From the NCBI GenBank assembly GCA_963626295.1, contig CAVFWS010000001.1, positions 6,301 to 53,850 on the forward strand: a DNA stretch of 47,550 nt. The letters are read 5' to 3'. The position numbers and the translations under genes are program-made. Source of the DNA: Clostridium sp. CAG:138. GTDB lineage: Bacteria; Verrucomicrobiota; Kiritimatiellia; RFP12; UBA1067. Shown piece after piece: positions 42,430 through 47,550 of this stretch (position 1 is its first letter; each line of letters starts with the position of its first letter). The notes under the pieces were generated by a model. It did not search any database. It was not told the DNA's origin and saw nothing but the letters and a program-made list of their open reading frames with translations.

Positions 42430-44391
42430 ATGAAGATACTTGGAGATCCGATATTTGCAAAGGATGCCGGCGGACGGCTCAAGTCGCGCGTAGGCACGAT
42501 ATTCCTGGAGGGATACCCTGGGCTCATCACCCAGAGCGGCATCCACGCCATGCAGCGCCAGGCATGGATAGACGAAGTAAACCGGGAGCGCGAGGGGGAG
42601 GGCCTTCTGCCGCTCACCGAGGCGGAGACGGCGGCGCTGGTGGCGCATTCGGTCGACCTGCTGTTCCTCGACGACGTGGTCCTGATCCGTCCCGACCCGG
42701 AGCGCATGGATCTCGCGCTGTGGGCCGACGAGGAACTGCAGAAGATCGTCTCCAAGCGGAAGATCCGGTTCCTCAACACCCACGCGCGTCGCGTACGCGA
42801 CGCGCTCCGCGCGCGGGGGGAGAACTGGCGCATTGCGCGGGACGCGCGCACCCGCGCAGAGACGGACAAGCAGATAGAGCGGGGACGCACGGCGATCAGG
42901 CTCGCCGCCCTGTACCACTACAACGGCAACACCGGCACGCGGTACCTGACGGTCGGGGCGTATTCGGAGGTGTGCGCGATGCCCGACGCGCAGTTCAGGG
43001 CGCAGATGGAGGAGGTCGTTGGCGGGCTCAACTCGCGCAACAGGCTCGGATCCCCCGACATCGACATCTTTCCGCCAACGCTCGGGCCGGACGTCCGCAA
43101 CCATCTCCGCGACATCAGGCCTCCTGAGCTGAGCGACGAGCAGCTGCGCATCGTCGCCCGAAAGGTCGAGATGGAGTGGCGCATAGCCCTCCCCCCGGAG
43201 CTTCGCGACGAGGATCCCAACGCGAACCTCGTATGGCGGGCCGAGATGGGTGAGGTGCTTTCGCGCAAGGCGAACGAGACCGAGGTGGGCGACAGGGAGC
43301 TCATACAGGGGATAAGCCCGGAGTTCTACCGCCAGATAGAGTGGCTTCCGGGCGGGAGGGTCACGAGGGGACAGCTCATATTCGACCCCCTCTACGACGA
43401 GTACCAGCGCACGAGGGACCCGGAACTCGCCGACATATGCGACCTGCGGGTGCGGTCGATAATCTTCAACCTCATGCGCCTGTTCGGCAGCATAGACTAC
43501 GTGAACGTGGGCCGCATAGCGCACTCGCTCGCCCGCAAGCCGGTAGAGGGGATGCGTCGCGGCAACGTGTACATCGTGCAGTACAAGGAGGTCGGCGAGC
43601 CGATCTCCCGCGTATTCATAATACGCTTCCAGAAGTGGGGCATCGCCGAGCACCTTGACGAGGGCAAGGATCTCCTCACCTCGATACTCGAGGCCAACGA
43701 CTACTCCGACTACATCATGGACAGGCGGCTGGCGTGCCGCCAGCTCGGGATGAGCCTTCCGCGCCACGTCGGATTCGGCCAGTTCACGGAGAAGTACACC
43801 GGCAAGAACCAGTACTTCGGGACCACGGTGCGGGCGTACTACTACGTGCGCCAGTACGTGCAGGGAGTCGCCTCGGACAAGATACCCGTGGAGCGCTTCC
43901 ACAATCCGGCGTTCGCCCAGAAGTTCGCCGAGCTCATGGGCGAGGCTGCGGCGCTTGACCTCGTTGTGGGCCGCAGGGCCACCGAAACCAACGAGCCGCT
44001 TTTCGACAAGAACTACGAGGTGGTGCAGATCAGCCCCAAGGGGCTCCCCATCCGGCTTGTCGTGACGGATCATGCCGGAAGCTTCGTCGACTACAGGACG
44101 CCGCTCGAGGATTGCGTCGGGCCGTACGCGAACGTTGTTCTTCGTCGCGAGAAGCATGTGACGGACTTCCGGGAGTTCGCCAGGGAGTACGTCTCGGCGT
44201 TCGAGCGCAGGCTTTCGGAAGTCCAGCAGGTGTATCGCGACAGGCGTGCCTCGTTCGACGACCTCTTTGCCGGCCGCCCGTACGACCAGGCCGGCTCCGG
44301 GGCCTATCGCTGGGCGTGCGTCCTGAAGCGTCTGGACGAATGCGACCCGCATCTGGTCGCGGACAGGCTCAAGATGGCGATACAGGCCTGA
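42430..44391 (+). CDS. 653-aa conserved-looking hypothetical protein; C-terminal half possibly an atypical kinase-like fold
   Basis: Good SD (GGGGGAAGG), balanced composition and no TM or signal peptide. The C-terminal blocks VFIIRFQKWG...E, YVRQYVQG, GEAAALDLVVG and RLVVTDHAGSFVDY loosely recall AceK/protein-kinase-like layouts. The function is not established. Confidence 0.6.
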   Translation: MKILGDPIFAKDAGGRLKSRVGTIFLEGYPGLITQSGIHAMQRQAWIDEVNREREGEGLLPLTEAETAALVAHSVDLLFLDDVVLIRPDPERMDLALWADEELQKIVSKRKIRFLNTHARRVRDALRARGENWRIARDARTRAETDKQIERGRTAIRLAALYHYNGNTGTRYLTVGAYSEVCAMPDAQFRAQMEEVVGGLNSRNRLGSPDIDIFPPTLGPDVRNHLRDIRPPELSDEQLRIVARKVEMEWRIALPPELRDEDPNANLVWRAEMGEVLSRKANETEVGDRELIQGISPEFYRQIEWLPGGRVTRGQLIFDPLYDEYQRTRDPELADICDLRVRSIIFNLMRLFGSIDYVNVGRIAHSLARKPVEGMRRGNVYIVQYKEVGEPISRVFIIRFQKWGIAEHLDEGKDLLTSILEANDYSDYIMDRRLACRQLGMSLPRHVGFGQFTEKYTGKNQYFGTTVRAYYYVRQYVQGVASDKIPVERFHNPAFAQKFAELMGEAAALDLVVGRRATETNEPLFDKNYEVVQISPKGLPIRLVVTDHAGSFVDYRTPLEDCVGPYANVVLRREKHVTDFREFAREYVSAFERRLSEVQQVYRDRRASFDDLFAGRPYDQAGSGAYRWACVLKRLDECDPHLVADRLKMAIQA

Positions 44392-44415
44392 CGGGCGTTC
44401 TTTAAGGGGTGAGGC

Positions 44416-45780
44416 ATGATTTCGATCAGTGAGGTTCTAGAGACGAACAAGATGATCCAGGACGAGAACCTGGATGTGCGCACGATCACGATGGGGATAT
44501 CCCTGCTCGATTGCGCCGATTCCGCGCTGGACTCCACGTGCGGCAAGATATACGACAAGCTTCTCCGCCATGCGGGGAGGCTCGTCCGGACCGGTGACGA
44601 CATCGGCCGCGAGTTCGGGGTCCCGATAGTGAACAAGCGCGTGTCAATCACGCCGATCGCGCTTGTCGGCGCATCCTGCTGCAGGACGCCGGACGACTAT
44701 GTGTCGATAGCGCGTACGCTTGACCGCGCGGCGGCCGAGCTTGGCGTGAACTTCCTTGGCGGCTATTCGGCGGTCGTGTCCAAGGGGATGACGAAATCCG
44801 ACGAGCTGCTGATCCGTTCCATACCGGAGGCCCTGGCCGTGACCGGACGCATATGCTCAAGCGTGAACGTAGGCTCCACCAAGACCGGCCTGGACATGGA
44901 TGCGGTGCGCCTAATGGGCGAGACGGTGAAGCACACCGCGGAGCGCACGGGGGACCGCGACTCGCTCGGCTGCGCCAAGCTTGTGGTGCTGTGCAACGCC
45001 CCGGACGACAACCCGTTCATGGCCGGCGCGTTCCACGGGGTGACGGAGGCCGAGGCGATAATCAACGTGGGCGTTAGCGGCCCCGGGGTGGTGAAGCACG
45101 CGCTGTCCCAGATACGCGGCTCGGACTTCGAGACCCTTTGCGAGACGGTCAAGCGCACCGCGTTCAAGATCACCCGCGTTGGTCAGCTCGTGGCGCAGGA
45201 GGCGAGCCGCAGGCTCGGCGTGCCGTTCGGCATCATAGACCTGTCGCTCGCCCCAACGCCTGCGGTCGGAGACTCCGTCGCGGACATCCTGAAGGAGATC
45301 GGCCTTGAGCATCCCGGAGCCCCGGGCACCACGGCCGCGCTTGCCCTCCTCAACGACCAGGTGAAGAAGGGCGGCGTGATGGCGAGCTCGTATGTCGGCG
45401 GGCTTTCAGGCGCGTTCATACCGGTATCCGAGGACCAGGGGATGATCGACGCCGTCGAGGCCGGGGCCCTCACGATCGAGAAGCTTGAGGCGATGACGTG
45501 CGTTTGCTCCGTAGGGTTGGACATGATAGCGGTGCCCGGCGACACGTCTGCCGCCACCATCGCGGGGATAATTGCGGACGAGGCCGCCATCGGCATGGTC
45601 AACCAGAAGACTACGGCCGTGCGCATAATACCTGTCGCAGGGAAGAAGGTGGGGGACTCGGTGGAGTTCGGAGGCTTGCTCGGCCACGCGCCAATCATGC
45701 CCGTAAACCGATTCTCATGCGAGCGGTTCATTTCACGCAAGGGCCGGATACCGGCTCCGATACATTCGTTCAAGAACTGA
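44416..45780 (+). CDS. UPF0210 / PFL_4669 (DUF711) family protein
   Basis: The N-terminus [33 protein letters not shown] matches this family's hallmark start as I recall it. The 454-aa length is typical. Confidence 0.8.
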   Translation: MISISEVLETNKMIQDENLDVRTITMGISLLDCADSALDSTCGKIYDKLLRHAGRLVRTGDDIGREFGVPIVNKRVSITPIALVGASCCRTPDDYVSIARTLDRAAAELGVNFLGGYSAVVSKGMTKSDELLIRSIPEALAVTGRICSSVNVGSTKTGLDMDAVRLMGETVKHTAERTGDRDSLGCAKLVVLCNAPDDNPFMAGAFHGVTEAEAIINVGVSGPGVVKHALSQIRGSDFETLCETVKRTAFKITRVGQLVAQEASRRLGVPFGIIDLSLAPTPAVGDSVADILKEIGLEHPGAPGTTAALALLNDQVKKGGVMASSYVGGLSGAFIPVSEDQGMIDAVEAGALTIEKLEAMTCVCSVGLDMIAVPGDTSAATIAGIIADEAAIGMVNQKTTAVRIIPVAGKKVGDSVEFGGLLGHAPIMPVNRFSCERFISRKGRIPAPIHSFKN

Positions 45781-47291
45781 TGAAGCCTTTCCAGGAGAGT
45801 CTGGTTGCCGCATGGAGGGATTATGCGGCGGGGAACATGGATGCCGCCGCATTGAAGGGGGTTTCGGCCGGCTTCGGAATCTACCAGCAGCGTGATGGCG
45901 CCGCCATGATGCGCATTCGCCGTCCGGCCGGGGTAATGACGGTCGGGGACTTCCGCGCGGTGGCCGCGCTGCTCGTCAGGTTCGGAGCCCCGTTCTGCCA
46001 CCTTACGACACGCCTTGACGTGCAGCTGCACGGAGTGAGGGCGGCGGACGTGCCACAGGCGCTTGAGGCTTGCGAGGATGCCGGATTCGCGTTTCGCGGC
46101 GGCGGAGGGGATACGTTCCGCAACGTGCAGGTCAATCCGGGTTCGGGTCTGCATGAGGATACCGTGTTTGACGTCATCCCGTACGTCAGGGCCCTCTCGT
46201 CGGCATTCTACGGATTCGATGTCGCGTACGGACTGCCCCGCAAGATAAAGATCGGCTTTGTGGATCGTCCGGCGGATCGTCAGCTTGCCGCCGTACAGGA
46301 TCTTGGGTTCGTTGCGCGGATGGTGAACGGGCGCCGCGCATTCGAGACGTGGGTCGGGGGCGGCATCGGCTTCAGGCCTCGTGCGGGCTTCAGGCTGTTC
46401 GACGCGCTGCCGGCGGAGGACTGCTGCCGGCTCGCCTTTGCGCTCACCCGTCTGTTCAGCGAGCGCGGATGCCGCACCAACAGGGCTCACGCCAGGATCC
46501 GGTTCCTTCGCGAGGATATGGGGGACGAACGCTTCGCGGCGGCAGTCATGGAATTCTTCGGGCGGGAGAAGGATGCGCCTTCGCTGTCCGCGGATGGCGA
46601 AGGGGCTGCGGGGGCATTGCGCGACGAGGAATGGCCCGCGACGAATTTCGGAGAAGATGCCGAGGCTGCGGAAGGGTTCGGACAGTGGCGGCAGCTTGCC
46701 GCGACTCCGCTTAGGGACGGACACTTCGCGGTGCGCCTGTTCGTGCCGTACGGCAACATGACGGCATCCCAGGTCAACAGGCTGTGCGATGCGCTGGCGT
46801 CCAATGGCGTCGCAAAGGTGCAGCTTCTGCCGTCCGAGGACATCTGCGTCCAGAACGTTCCGGAGACCCAGCTCAAGGCGCTTCACCGTCTGCTCGTGAC
46901 GGAACTCGGCGATGTGGACTATACCGTAAGGAGCTTCTGCGGGCACGTGCTGACGTGCGTTGGCAACGGCATCTGCAAAAGCGGGGCGAACGATTCCCCG
47001 AAGTTCGGAGATGCGATCGCCACGGCGTTTGACCGATATCTCCCGGCCGATACGCCGGAGCGGATTGCGGTCGCGAAGACGGTGCTCGACGACATCCGCG
47101 TGAGCGGATGCCCGAACTCGTGCGCGAACAGCCCCATCGCGAAGTTCGGGTTCGTGTGCAGGCGGCTGGATGGGCATCTGGCGGTGATGCCGGTCGTGGG
47201 GGCCGAGCGCGAGCCTGTTAGGCTTGGCGAACTCCAGCGCGATGCGATCCTGTGCGAAGACGTCCCGGCATGGATCGTGTCGAGGATGTGA
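45780..47291 (+). CDS. sulfite/nitrite reductase-like siroheme-[4Fe-4S] hemoprotein
   Basis: The ATG at 45780 shares one base with the upstream TGA (cTGATGaag). NiR/SiR ferredoxin-like half-domains (GFGIYQQRDG...MMRIRRPAG). Cluster/siroheme Cys motifs CGHVLTC (Cx5C) and CPNSC (Cx3C). Confidence 0.8.
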   Translation: MKPFQESLVAAWRDYAAGNMDAAALKGVSAGFGIYQQRDGAAMMRIRRPAGVMTVGDFRAVAALLVRFGAPFCHLTTRLDVQLHGVRAADVPQALEACEDAGFAFRGGGGDTFRNVQVNPGSGLHEDTVFDVIPYVRALSSAFYGFDVAYGLPRKIKIGFVDRPADRQLAAVQDLGFVARMVNGRRAFETWVGGGIGFRPRAGFRLFDALPAEDCCRLAFALTRLFSERGCRTNRAHARIRFLREDMGDERFAAAVMEFFGREKDAPSLSADGEGAAGALRDEEWPATNFGEDAEAAEGFGQWRQLAATPLRDGHFAVRLFVPYGNMTASQVNRLCDALASNGVAKVQLLPSEDICVQNVPETQLKALHRLLVTELGDVDYTVRSFCGHVLTCVGNGICKSGANDSPKFGDAIATAFDRYLPADTPERIAVAKTVLDDIRVSGCPNSCANSPIAKFGFVCRRLDGHLAVMPVVGAEREPVRLGELQRDAILCEDVPAWIVSRM

Positions 47292-47350
47292 CCGCACCGG
47301 CGAGTTTCGGCGGCGTTGCGCCCGGCGTTGCGCCCGCCGTGCGATATTCC

Positions 47351-47379
47351 TTGATTTTTGAGGTGTAATTTGCTAAACT
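47351..47379 (+). promoter_or_regulatory. sigma70-type promoter (TTGATT-17-TAAACT)
   Basis: TTGATT at 47351-47356, a 17-nt spacer, TAAACT at 47374-47379. GGAG at 47397-47400 and ATG at 47412. Confidence 0.45.
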
Positions 47380-47411
47380 ACGCCCTAATGAATTAAGGAG
47401 TTTTGTTTTGT

Positions 47412-47550
47412 ATGGCAGATGACAGATGTTTGAAGATAGGCATGATCGGCGGAGGCATGAAATCGTTCATGGGAGGCATCCACCGGGAGGCCATTGGGAA
47501 AGTCGGGAATCTGAAGATAGTCGGTGGGTCTTTCGGCACGTCAAGGCAGG
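47412..47550 (+). CDS. Gfo/Idh/MocA-family oxidoreductase (5' fragment, runs off the window)
   Basis: MADDRCLKIGMIGGGMKSFMGGIHREAI... is a Rossmann GxGxxG-type N-terminus typical of this family. Only 46 codons are visible. Confidence 0.55.
   Translation, partial: MADDRCLKIGMIGGGMKSFMGGIHREAIGKVGNLKIVGGSFGTSRQ

Noticed and set aside
42139-44352. 737-aa ORF antisense to the 653-aa unknown; likewise 45183..47297 (704 aa) antisense to UPF0210 and the reductase
   Set aside because: These have the same high-GC antisense signature. The plus-strand genes have SDs, tight spacing and, for two of them, recognisable family motifs.
47311-47334. Tandem 12-mer GGCGTTGCGCCC x2 after the reductase gene
   Set aside because: There are only two copies, with no hairpin or T-tract. 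It is probably a trivial slippage duplication.
1-47550. Scan for CRISPR arrays, tRNA/rRNA genes, IS elements, integrases and prophage genes
   Set aside because: No regularly spaced 25-40-nt repeats, no tRNA-like T-arm/acceptor patterns in the intergenic spacers, and no transposase- or integrase-like ORFs were seen. tRNAscan, Infernal and ISfinder runs would confirm this.

Overview
High-GC bacterial chromosome segment, about 65-75% GC in coding lines I hand-counted. No rRNA, tRNA, CRISPR array, transposase or integrase was found. A PATR-type beta-helix surface protein and a 'CACGGAG'-type structured repeat weakly suggest the PVC superphylum (Lentisphaerota, Kiritimatiellota or Verrucomicrobiota); this is inference only. 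Layout: (1) 1-7.2 kb, a polysaccharide export/assembly cluster: secreted protein, outer-membrane barrel, Wzy/WaaL-like protein, Wzc-like tyrosine autokinase, rfbB. (2) mfd, then a 2-oxoacid:ferredoxin oxidoreductase delta+alpha pair with no beta/gamma partners, coupled to a secreted phytase-like esterase. (3) 12.9-23.3 kb, a tightly packed minus-strand run: ftsH, cdaA, mini-CdaR remnant, ftsK, rodZ-like gene, mcsA, mcsB-like gene, clpC. (4) 23.3-26.1 kb, the most interesting locus: a compact three-gene cassette between ftsH and ilvC. It encodes a beta-class DNA methyltransferase with a long uncharacterised N-terminal module, an overlapping PD-(D/E)XK nuclease, and a small DpnD-like ORF. GC and codon usage change sharply inside the methyltransferase ORF. 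(5) ilvC, then a decaying accessory stretch (27.6-33.5 kb) with three gene remnants, a 1039-aa beta-helix protein, a leaderless HIT gene and a REP/MITE-like element. (6) fabG, carB, a Tat-signal enolase-superfamily enzyme, a Methyltransf_32-like methyltransferase and epmA. (7) An apparent folD operon carrying a 653-aa unknown protein (possibly kinase-like), a UPF0210 protein and a siroheme-type sulfite/nitrite-reductase-like protein. Extended -10 promoters (TGnTATAAT) sit in AT-rich islands upstream of many transcription units. All functional calls come from motif recognition by eye; no database search was run.
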